A stretch of DNA of 49,625 nt. Source: an archaeon. Its GTDB lineage: Archaea; Nanobdellota; Nanobdellia; SCGC-AAA011-G17; GW2011-AR17. Numbering within the stretch: position 1 is the stretch's first letter; each line of letters begins with the position of its first letter. The DNA lies in contig JAZDPJ010000023.1 of NCBI GenBank assembly GCA_043797705.1, positions 1 through 49,625 on the forward strand, written 5' to 3'. Positions 27,084 through 36,097 of this stretch are shown one piece after another. Below the pieces are notes generated by a model that ran no database searches, was not told the DNA's origin, and worked only from the letters and a program-made list of their open reading frames with translations. Both the position numbers and the translations under genes were made by a program.

Positions 27084-29429
27084 TTAACAGTTTCGGTCTT
27101 GCATGTCTTTTCTTGCGACATCAAGTAGTATTTTCTTTTCTACTTTAGCCACTATGTTTCTTATTTTGTGCACTGCGTCAGCGTTTGCTGATATGCTGTC
27201 TATCCCTGCTCTGACTAAAAACTCTGCCATTTCTGGGTTGCTTCCTGCTTGTCCGCAGATGCTTGTTTCCACATTGTATTCTCTGCATACATCTATGACA
27301 TATTTTATCTGTCTCAGCACTGCAGGATGCATCTCATCATAAAGATTTGCTACGTTTTCATTGTTTCTGTCCAAGGCTAATGTAAATTGTGTCAGGTCAT
27401 TCGTTCCGAAGCTTACGAAGTCTATTCCTTCTTCGCATATTTCTTTTATTATTTGTACTGCTGCAGGTGTCTCCACCATTATTCCAAAGTCTATGTTTTC
27501 TTGTGGCTCAAGCCCAACTTCCCGTAGTATTTTTTTGCTTTCAGATACTTGATCAAGATGTGTTACTAGTGATAACATGACCCCTACATTTGTTAGTCCC
27601 ATATCATGTACTTTTTTTATGGCTTCGAACTCTGCTCTTAGAAGGTCTTTTTCCATCATTCCTCTTCTTATACCGTGGTATCCCATCATGGGGTTGTCTT
27701 CTTTTGGTTCTTCGTCTCCGCCTTCTAGTTCTCTGTACTCGTCTGTTCTTATATCAGATGTCCTGTACCATACTGGTTTACCTTCGAATGCTTTTGCTAT
27801 TTCGCTTATTCCTTGTACTAATTGTTCTACAAGTTCTTCTGTTCTCCCTGTTCTTAGCATGTATGCTGGGTGTACTTTGCCTCTTACTATCATCATTTCA
27901 ACCCTTAATAGTCCAACCCCGTCTGCTCCTGTTTCTGCTGCTTTGTGTGCGAACTGCGGCAGGTCCACTATGACTTTGACTTCTGTTGCTGTTTCTAGGT
28001 CTAGTGGGGCGAATTGTTGTTCTTTTTCTTCTTTGTGCGCTATTTGCAGTTCTCCTTCGTACACTTTTCCTGCGGTTGCGTCGACTGTTATTACTTGCCC
28101 TTCTTTTAGCACTTCTGTTGCGTTTTTTGTTCCGACTATTACTGGTATTCCCATCTCTCTTCCTACAATCGAGGCGTGACAGGTACTGCCTCCTCTGTCT
28201 GTTACTATTGCTACGCTTTTTTCCATTGCTGATACATAGTCTGGATTTGTCATTTCTGCTACTAGTACGTCTCCTTTCTCAATTTTACTAAGTTCATCAG
28301 CATTATGTACTATTTTTACTGGTCCGATTCCTACTCCTGGGCTTGCTGGTATTCCTGTGACTATTGGTTCTTTGTCTGTTTTTGTTTCTTTGGTTTCTTC
28401 TTTTGATTCTCTTTTTTTCAAAGTCGTTACTGGTCTTGATTGGGTGATATAGATTTTGGATCCTTCAATTGCCCATTCCATGTCTTGTGCCTTTCCGTAG
28501 TGGTGTTCGATTCTTTTTGTTAGTTGTGTTAGCACAGCTATTTCATGGTCATTAAGCACTTGTTCTTTTCTTTTGTCTGGTGGTAGTGATCTCTTTACTG
28601 TTTTGCCGAAAGAGTGGTCAAGCGTGAGCATGTAATCTTTGTCTCCTATGTTAATATTCTTCACTTCTTCTGTTTCTTTGTCTATTAGGTATTCATCTGG
28701 TGTTATTGCTCCTGATACAACTACTTCTCCTAGGCCGAATGCTCCTTCGATTAGGATTTCACTTTCGTTGTTTGTAGCGGGGTTTATTGAGAACATTACT
28801 CCTGCTTTGTCTGAGTTTACCATTTTTTGTACTATTACTGCTATGAGTACTTTTTCGTGTGGGAAGTTATTTTTTACCCTGTAATAGATGGCTCTTGCAG
28901 TATATAGTGATGCCCAGCATTTTTGTACTGCTATTAGTAAAGGATTGTTTCCTCTGATGTTTAGGAATGTTTCTTGTTGCCCTGCAAAACTAGCTTCCGG
29001 TAAATCTTCCGCCGTTGCTGAACTTCTTACGGCAACTAGTGGCGGTTCTCTTCCGCCTTTTACTATGGATAGTGCTTCGCTGCCAGCTCGTTTAAGGACT
29101 TCTTCATCAATATCTAGGTTGTCATATGCTTCTGTTATTGCGCTTGCTATGTTTTGTGGCATAAGGGTTTTGAGTATTAATTCTTTTATTTTTTTAGAAA
29201 CTTCTTGCAGTTTTGCATTGTCTTCTTCATCTAGATTTTTTAGAAGTGAAAATATCTGTTCTTTTAATCCGGTATTTTCAATGAATGCTTTGAATGCTTC
29301 TGATGTTACTGCGAATCCCGGAGGTATTGGCAGCTTTGCGTTGTACATTTCCCCAAGGTTGGCACCTTTTCCACCCGCTAAGGGGACATCTTCTTTTGAA
29401 AGTTCACTAAACCACGCGATAAAACTCAT
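27084..29429 (-). CDS. ppsA: Phosphoenolpyruvate synthase
   Basis: GGKGANLGE, VRSSATAED, TCHASIVGRE, GTNDLTQ and SICGQ motifs. Confidence 0.97.
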   Translation of the reverse strand: MSFIAWFSELSKEDVPLAGGKGANLGEMYNAKLPIPPGFAVTSEAFKAFIENTGLKEQIFSLLKNLDEEDNAKLQEVSKKIKELILKTLMPQNIASAITEAYDNLDIDEEVLKRAGSEALSIVKGGREPPLVAVRSSATAEDLPEASFAGQQETFLNIRGNNPLLIAVQKCWASLYTARAIYYRVKNNFPHEKVLIAVIVQKMVNSDKAGVMFSINPATNNESEILIEGAFGLGEVVVSGAITPDEYLIDKETEEVKNINIGDKDYMLTLDHSFGKTVKRSLPPDKRKEQVLNDHEIAVLTQLTKRIEHHYGKAQDMEWAIEGSKIYITQSRPVTTLKKRESKEETKETKTDKEPIVTGIPASPGVGIGPVKIVHNADELSKIEKGDVLVAEMTNPDYVSAMEKSVAIVTDRGGSTCHASIVGREMGIPVIVGTKNATEVLKEGQVITVDATAGKVYEGELQIAHKEEKEQQFAPLDLETATEVKVIVDLPQFAHKAAETGADGVGLLRVEMMIVRGKVHPAYMLRTGRTEELVEQLVQGISEIAKAFEGKPVWYRTSDIRTDEYRELEGGDEEPKEDNPMMGYHGIRRGMMEKDLLRAEFEAIKKVHDMGLTNVGVMLSLVTHLDQVSESKKILREVGLEPQENIDFGIMVETPAAVQIIKEICEEGIDFVSFGTNDLTQFTLALDRNNENVANLYDEMHPAVLRQIKYVIDVCREYNVETSICGQAGSNPEMAEFLVRAGIDSISANADAVHKIRNIVAKVEKKILLDVARKDMQDRNC

Positions 29430-29531
29430 TTGGTACCACCTCTTGTGTAACTAATTTAGTTATAGAATATTTAAAACTTCCGCAAACCAATAGCACATAA
29501 TCCCCCTTAAAAAAATCTTATAGTCTGCTAT

Positions 29532-29681
29532 TTAGTAGTACTCGTGTGCTTCTTGAAGTTTTTCCAGTTCTGACAGCTTGTCTTCTATCTGGTCAATTTG
29601 CAGTCTATAAAACTCTATGTTTCTCCTGCAGTTTTCTATTTCAAACCGCAGCATTTGTTGTTCTTTGTCTTTGTCTGTCAT
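29532..29681 (-). CDS. 49-aa coiled-coil hypothetical protein
   Basis: GGAGG RBS before ATG at 29681; translation MTDKDKEQQMLRFEIENCRRNIEFYRLQIDQIEDKLSELEKLQEAHEYY. Confidence 0.65.
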   Translation of the reverse strand: MTDKDKEQQMLRFEIENCRRNIEFYRLQIDQIEDKLSELEKLQEAHEYY

Positions 29682-29758
29682 ATTTTTCCTCCGTGGGAGC
29701 CCAACCCTGTTTAGGGGTTGGGTTAAGGAGGGAACGCAATGTTTTTTGTTGGCAGTGC

Positions 29759-29977
29759 TTAGCTTTTTATAACTTTGAGTATACATGGCTTGAATCCCTT
29801 GTTGGATTTTATGTTGTTGTATCCATACTCTGCGATTTCTTCCGAATCGAATGCATGGACCATCGGTTGCAAAAGACGGACTCTCCGTCCAAGCAATCGA
29901 TTCAATATCCCTCTTTTTTGTATTGGCTGCCATGTATGCCACATCACTAAATATTTTCCTTCTTGTCTGGTTTCCAA
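29759..29977 (-). CDS. 72-aa hypothetical protein (TTG start)
   Basis: GGGGGTGA RBS 5 nt before TTG at 29977. Confidence 0.55.
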   Translation of the reverse strand: METRQEGKYLVMWHTWQPIQKRGILNRLLGRRVRLLQPMVHAFDSEEIAEYGYNNIKSNKGFKPCILKVIKS

Positions 29978-29979
29978 TT

Positions 29980-30350
29980 TTTTCACCCCCAATGTTGAAT
30001 ATGATGTTTTAAACCAGGAAAGAATTCCAAAAACCAAAACATTTAATAAGGTGTTTGGCTTCAGTATTGCGGGAAAAACCTTTCAAGGTTTTACTTTTGT
30101 TTTCCTCTTTGAGTTTCAGCGGCTTCTAGAGGAAAACGCTTTATTTTTTCTTTGTCTTTCTTTTTGTTTCACCCTTTTTTTTATTTTGACCCTTGTTTTC
30201 TTTTAAGGAAATAGTTTTTCTTTGAAAATTTCCTTTGGAACTTGTTACATAGGTCGAAGGCACCAGAACTCTGTAATAACTTGCCTTCATCAAAAATGCA
30301 AAAGATAATTGATAAATCTCTGCATCAGTGTAGTCTTTCTATTTATTCTA
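29980..30350 (-). ncRNA. Candidate structured leader or non-coding RNA (chain of hairpins)
   Basis: At least five inverted repeats downstream of a minus-strand TTTATATA at about 30372-30379. Confidence 0.35.
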
Positions 30351-30676
30351 CAATTTATATGGTATAAGAAGTATATAAATATTATTATGGTTTAAAAATC
30401 ATTTTCAATTGGGTAATTACTGTTTGGTTAATGCAGAAAGTGCGGTAAGGCGCATATAATAGGGGGGCATAATATCAAGCCAAGATTTCCTTGTTTGCGG
30501 ATAAACCCCCTCACATTGCTATGTTTTCATCATTTAGTATCCATTCGTCATCAGAAAAAAGTCCATAACAGTCGTTGCAGTCATCTGTCAAATTTTGGGT
30601 ATTTATTAGCCGCAATGTCTTTTCAATCATTTTGGCAATATACTAGAAGATTGGTAAATATTTAAAGGTTTGGTAT

Positions 30677-31189
30677 TTACTGTTTTACTGTTATTTCCGC
30701 TCTTAATGGTAGTCTGTAGGTTGCTGCTTTGAGTGCTGCTTTCGCGAGTTCGACATTTTCTTTGTCTAGGTAGATTGAGAATACTGTTTTTCCTTTTTTT
30801 ATTCTTGCCGCAAGTCCTACTGCTCTTCCGAATGATTTCTGCATTCCTGTCTGCATTCTGTCTGCTCCTGCCCCGGTAATCATTTTGTTTTCTCTTAGGA
30901 CATGATGCGGAAATACTCTGATCTTAACATGGTAGTTTTTACCTAGAGGGTTTAATTTTCTGATTATTACTGTTCTTGCTGATTCTATTGCGTTGTGCCT
31001 GAGTTGTATTGCTTGCTTTGTCACTAGGTTTACTTCTGCTGCGAACTTTTTTGTCAGGTTTCCATAGTCAAATTTTACGATTTTTGAGGGTGGAACTGAC
31101 TTGATGAATGATGATTTCTTGAATTTTGATTTTCTTGTGTATGCTCTTTTTACAGGTGTGTAACATCTTCCGGGTCTTAGGCTTACCAT
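30677..31189 (-). CDS. rpl10e: 50S ribosomal protein uL16 (L10e)
   Basis: LRPGRCY, HNAIESAR and PHHVLRENKMITGAGADR motifs. Confidence 0.97.
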   Translation of the reverse strand: MVSLRPGRCYTPVKRAYTRKSKFKKSSFIKSVPPSKIVKFDYGNLTKKFAAEVNLVTKQAIQLRHNAIESARTVIIRKLNPLGKNYHVKIRVFPHHVLRENKMITGAGADRMQTGMQKSFGRAVGLAARIKKGKTVFSIYLDKENVELAKAALKAATYRLPLRAEITVKQ

Positions 31190-31204
31190 TTTAGTCTTTC
31201 ACCT

Positions 31205-31648
31205 TTATTTGTTGTTGTATACCTTTATGTTTAGTTCTTTTAGTACTGTTGAGTATAGTGATCTTAAGAAAGGGTCCAGTCTGTCTTTAAAAAGCTGCCT
31301 ATTTTTTCCTTTCCTTTCTGCGGTTTTGAATTTTCCATTGAATTGTTTTGCGTATATGTCGACTGTTGCATCGCATCCGTTGTCTATGAATTTTACTTGT
31401 TCTCCGTTTTTGTCTTCTACATGGAATACGCAGTCATTGTTGTACTTTAGGTACATTACTTTCCCGCCGGTCTGCACTTTTGAGCAGTCTATTGCTCCGT
31501 CTACGAACTCGCATGATGGTGATGTTTCGAGTATTCTTCTGCAGGTGGCCCTGTTTTCATTGAATTCGCAGGTCAATGGCCCAGCATATGCTGTTCCGCC
31601 TATACCAAGAGCTAAAGCTGTTTCCAGTACGAGGTCTGTGAGTTTCAT
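31205..31648 (-). CDS. Secreted protein of the DxGCD family (member 1)
   Basis: Signal peptide; IDNGCDATVD...LFKDRLDP. Confidence 0.7.
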   Translation of the reverse strand: MKLTDLVLETALALGIGGTAYAGPLTCEFNENRATCRRILETSPSCEFVDGAIDCSKVQTGGKVMYLKYNNDCVFHVEDKNGEQVKFIDNGCDATVDIYAKQFNGKFKTAERKGKNRQLFKDRLDPFLRSLYSTVLKELNIKVYNNK

Positions 31649-31651
31649 GAC

Positions 31652-31915
31652 TTATGCTCCCATCTGCACTTTTGTTCCTAATGCTTGTCCAGGCAGTCCT
31701 CTTTCGAATATTGCTCTTACTGCTCCTGCTTTTCCGTGGGCGGCTCTTATTTCGCCGACAATTTTCTTTCCTGCAGGGCTTGTCCAGCTCACTGATTTAC
31801 CGACTAGGGTTTCAGCTTTTTTTCTGTCAGCAATGCCTTTAACAACGAGTACTACATGTGCTGTTGTGCGTTGTGATCTTTTGCTTCCTCTGAATGCGCT
31901 TACGACTGCTTCCAT
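31652..31915 (-). CDS. rpl35ae: 50S ribosomal protein eL33 (L35Ae)
   Basis: FRGS, G.I...HGKAGAVRAIFERGLPGQALG. Confidence 0.95.
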   Translation of the reverse strand: MEAVVSAFRGSKRSQRTTAHVVLVVKGIADRKKAETLVGKSVSWTSPAGKKIVGEIRAAHGKAGAVRAIFERGLPGQALGTKVQMGA

Positions 31916-32367
31916 TATAATGTGTCCTCATAATTTTTTGGTATTGATAAATCTTTCTCTGATTTTGATAAAAATTTCTTAAGGTCTCGAAAAGCCGGGT
32001 CGAATTGGGTTTTAAAGAGTTCTTCGTTTTCATCTCTTAGGACCATTGAAGGTATATCCGGAGGGCCTATTAGTTTAAATTCCACTTTTCCATCAGGGCC
32101 GATATCATAAAAGCTTGATCTGTATACTTTATCCCAAGTTTCAATTAAGTCAATTACATCGATTGATGTGTTGTTTTTTGTGCACTGAGAATAGCCCACG
32201 ATTACATTATAGATGGAATCAGTTCCTATACTTTCGCACCTCATATTTATTACTTGTATAGCCAGATCTTTTCTCTTTTCTAAGAGGCCATTCTCTTCTG
32301 TTTGGCATGCTCCAATAACGAGTGCGATGCCCATTGTTGCCCCGGATATTAAGTATTTTAAGCTCAT
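31915..32367 (-). CDS. Putative lipoprotein of the DxGCD family (member 2)
   Basis: Lipobox-like IGAC; DIGPDGKVE...ENEELFKTQFDP. Confidence 0.65.
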   Translation of the reverse strand: MSLKYLISGATMGIALVIGACQTEENGLLEKRKDLAIQVINMRCESIGTDSIYNVIVGYSQCTKNNTSIDVIDLIETWDKVYRSSFYDIGPDGKVEFKLIGPPDIPSMVLRDENEELFKTQFDPAFRDLKKFLSKSEKDLSIPKNYEDTL

Positions 32368-32375
32368 TTTGATGT

Positions 32376-34214
32376 TTAGTAGTTCAGCATGACTTCAACG
32401 TCTGTGCCGAATATGTCTTTTAGGTCTCCAAAGAAGTGCTCTTTTATAAAGATTTTCCTTGGAATACCTAATTTTACCATGTATTTCTCTAATTCTTCTA
32501 GATTTGATGGTTTTAGGTTGTTTATGTGGCCGTCTTCTGTTATTTCAGCTTTTTGCAGTTCGTCCCTCTTTTCTAGGTCTTTTACGATGAATACTGCATC
32601 GTCAAATAGCATGAGTTCTCCGATTTTGTTGCCGTATTTGACTCTTACTTTTATTCTTTCTAGGGCTCCTAGTTTCTTTCTTTGCATGTGTTCTACCATG
32701 GCTTTGATGAACAGGTTGGCTTCTTTTCTTGCTTTTTCCAGTTCTTGCTTGCTCATCTTTCCTGCGAGGTAGTCTGTTTTTGCTTTTTTGACAGTGTTTA
32801 GTATTCTTAGGAATTTGTCTGGTATTTTTTCTTCAGGCATCAGTTTTGCTTTGAATAGTGTTATTACTTTTTCGTCTGTTGTTGCTTCTGCTCCTTTTAG
32901 GGAAAGCAGGTCTCTTGTGATGCCGATGCATGCGTCGTATGTGTCTAGTATTGATTCTTTTGCTGCTCTTTCTGATATTTGTTCGAATAGTTTTTTGATT
33001 CTTGCTAGGTAGTCTTGTGCGTCTTTCAGCAGTTTGTCTATGTCTTTTCCGCTTACTGCTTTTGTTTTTCCGTGTTCAATGTTTTTGTATGCTGTTCTGA
33101 TGTCTGCTAGTATTTGCACATATTTTTTTTCAAGTAGCTTTTCTTTTTTTACGAATATTTCGTCTAGTAGGTGGATTGTTTCTTTTGGTGTTGGTGGCGG
33201 TATTCCGTAAAGCATCAGTGCTGCTTGTGCCGGATTCAGTACTGCGTAATACAGGTCTTCTCCGACTACGCTCAGCATCTTGTGCCTTATTCTCTCTAGC
33301 AGTCGTTCTCCTATGTCCATGTTCATGTCTATTGCTTCCATGCTGGGTTTTACTCTTCCCATTTTTAGCAGTAGTTTCCATGGCATGAATACTCCTCTGT
33401 CGTATAGCGGTACTCCGTCTCTTAGGAATGTGAATATTACTGGGCTTGCGTCTTTGACTTGGTCCCAGAAGTCTGTTAGTATGTAGGTTTGTATGTGGAA
33501 TTGTTTTTGTATTCCTGTTATTTTGCTTGCTTCGAATCCCATGCCTACGATTATTGCTCTTAGTTTGTCTCTTAGTTCTGTTCTTGGCATTTTTTTGACA
33601 TCTGTGTCGTCTATTACTACATACACATCGATGTCATTTGATTGCTCTCCTCTGAATAGGCTTCCTGCTGCTACGTAGCTTAGGATGTATTTTTCGAATT
33701 TTTTGATGACCATGTTCTTGTGCAGTTCTGATATTTTAAGTCCTGCAAGTAGGTCTTTTGGATCGTATACTGGTGCGCTGACTGCTATCATGTTCAGAAG
33801 GTCATATTTTGAGTCGTAGCATACTTCTCTTAGTTCTGATAGTAGCATTACTTGTGGTGCTAGATTGTTGTCTAGGTCTTTGCCCATCTTTTCTATGATT
33901 GCTGTTACTTTGGAGCTCAGCTCTTCTTTTGGAATCTTTTGTGAGTCTGCATCGTCTACTAGTACTAAGACATTGATTTTGGTTGGGTCTATGTCTTGCT
34001 CTTCTTTTTGCTCTTTTCTTGGGGGTGGCAGTAGTGATACTCCTACTATGTATTTGTCGAATTTTTCTAGAATTTGCTTTGTGAATTTGTCAAGGCTGTC
34101 TTTTACGCCTTCCATCCGTTCTTTCATTTCTGTAGGCAGGTTTGCCAGCATGTTTTGGACATCTGTTTTGGGCTTTTCTGCCTTCTTTTCCTTTTTTGAG
34201 GTTTTTTTGGCCAT
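32376..34214 (-). CDS. Tandem nucleotidyltransferase-domain protein with HEPN-like helical region
   Basis: A degenerate first NTase repeat (INVLVLVDD), an intact second one (AGSLFRG...DIDVYVVIDD), then LYYAVLNPAQAAL. Confidence 0.7.
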   Translation of the reverse strand: MAKKTSKKEKKAEKPKTDVQNMLANLPTEMKERMEGVKDSLDKFTKQILEKFDKYIVGVSLLPPPRKEQKEEQDIDPTKINVLVLVDDADSQKIPKEELSSKVTAIIEKMGKDLDNNLAPQVMLLSELREVCYDSKYDLLNMIAVSAPVYDPKDLLAGLKISELHKNMVIKKFEKYILSYVAAGSLFRGEQSNDIDVYVVIDDTDVKKMPRTELRDKLRAIIVGMGFEASKITGIQKQFHIQTYILTDFWDQVKDASPVIFTFLRDGVPLYDRGVFMPWKLLLKMGRVKPSMEAIDMNMDIGERLLERIRHKMLSVVGEDLYYAVLNPAQAALMLYGIPPPTPKETIHLLDEIFVKKEKLLEKKYVQILADIRTAYKNIEHGKTKAVSGKDIDKLLKDAQDYLARIKKLFEQISERAAKESILDTYDACIGITRDLLSLKGAEATTDEKVITLFKAKLMPEEKIPDKFLRILNTVKKAKTDYLAGKMSKQELEKARKEANLFIKAMVEHMQRKKLGALERIKVRVKYGNKIGELMLFDDAVFIVKDLEKRDELQKAEITEDGHINNLKPSNLEELEKYMVKLGIPRKIFIKEHFFGDLKDIFGTDVEVMLNY

Positions 34215-34351
34215 ATCCTGTCTAAAAACCACTATTATTTATAAGGCTTACTATTTATAAATTTAGAATTTACTTGGTGTATCCGCCTTTTCTGCATTAA
34301 ATTTAAAAACTGGTCTATAAACTAAGTATCAAAAATAAAGGAGTTGATAAA

Positions 34352-34723
34352 ATGAATCTAAGAAACTTAGTTTTAGTGGGTGCAATAGGATTGGCAGGTT
34401 GCGCAACAACACATTCATCGGTAAAGAGAACTTGTATGGATACTGGGAGGACAATGACTTGTATGAAAGAAGGTAACGGGTTGGTAGCGTATAACCGCGG
34501 GGATAATATCTGCAGTGTTATGTTGAAATCCAGCAAGGGATATTTTCTTTCATTGAATGATTTTGGATGTGACGAGGAAGTTGATTATTGCATAAGAGAC
34601 CTTGATGGGGTGAAGGATATTTCTTGGAGACATAAATACAATAATGAAAAAATATTTGAAAAGAATGCAGATGTATTGTATAAAAAAATAAAAAAAGATG
34701 CATTGGAGGTTGATAAAAAATGA
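34352..34723 (+). CDS. Putative lipoprotein of the DxGCD family (member 3)
   Basis: Lipobox LAGC; DFGCDEEVD...IFEKNAD. Confidence 0.7.
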   Translation: MNLRNLVLVGAIGLAGCATTHSSVKRTCMDTGRTMTCMKEGNGLVAYNRGDNICSVMLKSSKGYFLSLNDFGCDEEVDYCIRDLDGVKDISWRHKYNNEKIFEKNADVLYKKIKKDALEVDKK

Positions 34724-35016
34724 AGAAGCTATTTAGTTCAGAGTCAGTGACAGAGGGCCATCCTGATAAAGGTTGCTGACCAGATATCAGACGCGATATT
34801 GGATGCGCATCTTGCTCAGGATTCGGAGAGCAGGGTCGCTTGCGAGACGTTGGTTAAGACCGGCGCAGTTGTTCTTGGCGGAGAGGTAACTTCAAAGGCG
34901 GTTGTTGATTACCAGGTTGGTGTTACGAGGATACTGCTGCTTATGGTCACTTTGGAAGAAGTAAGTTTCCTTGGGAGAAGACTGATAAGGTTGAGGAATT
35001 GAAGGGTTGTTTTTAG
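34720..35016 (+). pseudogene. metK: Bacterial-type S-adenosylmethionine synthetase remnant (frameshift plus large internal deletion)
   Basis: [17 protein letters not shown], then a frameshift, then [11 protein letters not shown]...RVACET...GEV, joined near 34922 to the C-terminal [16 protein letters not shown]. Confidence 0.9.
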
Positions 35017-35411
35017 TTTTTTTCTTTTTTTATTAATTCTTCAAAAGTTAATCCTTTTTCTTTAGCAAAGTCTAATGATACTAAGAAACTATTCCCGCCG
35101 CTTCTCTCTAGATCTTTGGTGTGGACGAACCACCACCCTTTTTTGTCGAATCTTACTCCTATCCATGGTTCTGCTCCGAATCGTGAGGAGAAGTAGTTCA
35201 GCTGGTCTATTTCGTCTTGATAAAAATATTTCTTGTCTATTTTTAGTGATTTGCATTCTAGTGCAAGGAATCTTTCATTGTTTCCAGCTATTAGGTCTGG
35301 TGAGGGTACTTGTGCTGCTCCGCTTCCTGCACTGCGAACTACTGACCATCCGTTGTCCCATAGCATCTTGAATAGTTCTCTTTCAGCCTTGCTTCCTTTT
35401 ATTTTGCTCAT
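35013..35411 (-). CDS. hjc: Archaeal Holliday junction resolvase
   Basis: KG...[18 protein letters not shown] and ECKS motifs. Confidence 0.93.
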   Translation of the reverse strand: MSKIKGSKAERELFKMLWDNGWSVVRSAGSGAAQVPSPDLIAGNNERFLALECKSLKIDKKYFYQDEIDQLNYFSSRFGAEPWIGVRFDKKGWWFVHTKDLERSGGNSFLVSLDFAKEKGLTFEELIKKEKN

Positions 35412-35454
35412 AGTAAAGTAGTATGCATTAAGGTATAAATAGCTACCCCCAGAG

Positions 35455-35564
35455 GGCTTTGGTGCAACCCTCTGAAAAAGACTTCTAGAATAGTATCTTC
35501 ATAGCGACATCGGTAGGTATTTTGAAGGAAAATATACCTTTCTAAATAGGAATGCACCAGAGCC
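35455..35564. mobile_element. 110-bp MITE with IS6-like ends
   Basis: 12-bp terminal inverted repeats GGCTTTGGTGCA / TGCACCAGAGCC (one mismatch). Perfect 8-bp flanking duplication CCCCAGAG at 35447-35454 and 35565-35572. Confidence 0.8.
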
Positions 35565-35626
35565 CCCCAGAGAAAAATTTAAAAAGAGAGTTAGGCATAT
35601 AAAAGTTCCTAAGGAGGTCTACAAAA

Positions 35627-35710
35627 ATGGAAGATTTCAAATTCAAGTTTGATGATGATGACGATGACTTTGAAAACGATGACGACGACGACTTTGATAG
35701 CGGAGAGTAA
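35627..35710 (+). CDS. 27-aa hyperacidic peptide
   Basis: MEDFKFKFDDDDDDFENDDDDDFDSGE, with an AGGAGGT RBS, upstream TTTAAAAA box and downstream T-tract. Confidence 0.65.
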   Translation: MEDFKFKFDDDDDDFENDDDDDFDSGE

Positions 35711-35774
35711 GTAGTTATTAATTATTTTTTTTATTTTCTTAAAATTCTAAAAAAAAAGAAAAAAAGCAAGAGAT

Positions 35775-35945
35775 TTATAGGTCTCTTGGCTTTAGTGTTC
35801 CTCTTTTGTTTTCTTTTGCTCTTTCTGCAGCTTTTTGGATAAGTTTAACTACTTCTCCGTTTAGTGCTTCTGCGAAATCGCCTGCAACATTTAATCCGTT
35901 TGCGTGTTCTTTTATTTTACTTCGTACAACTACTAATTCACCCAT
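35775..35945 (-). CDS. Short histone-fold protein (56 aa)
   Basis: MGELVVVRSKIKE...NVAGDFAEALNGEVVKLIQKAAERAKENKRGTLKPRDL has the R-x-T-x4-D histone C-terminal motif; GGAGGTG RBS. Confidence 0.88.
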   Translation of the reverse strand: MGELVVVRSKIKEHANGLNVAGDFAEALNGEVVKLIQKAAERAKENKRGTLKPRDL

Positions 35946-36097
35946 TGTTTGCACCTCCTAACTTGCGTTTTACAGCGGTAAACTGCTGTATAGGGTATTT
36001 AATCATCTTTTAGATGAGGCATAGGTATTTAAAACTTACGCTAAGAGTATATAAATGATGGCTAATTTTGGGCTTCTAAAGGTATATTAAAGCAGTT

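Noticed and set aside
29980-30350. RNase P RNA, SRP RNA or replication origin
   Set aside because: No GAGGAAAGUCC or SRP core motif, AT-rich sequence, no cdc6/orc gene and no lasting skew switch.
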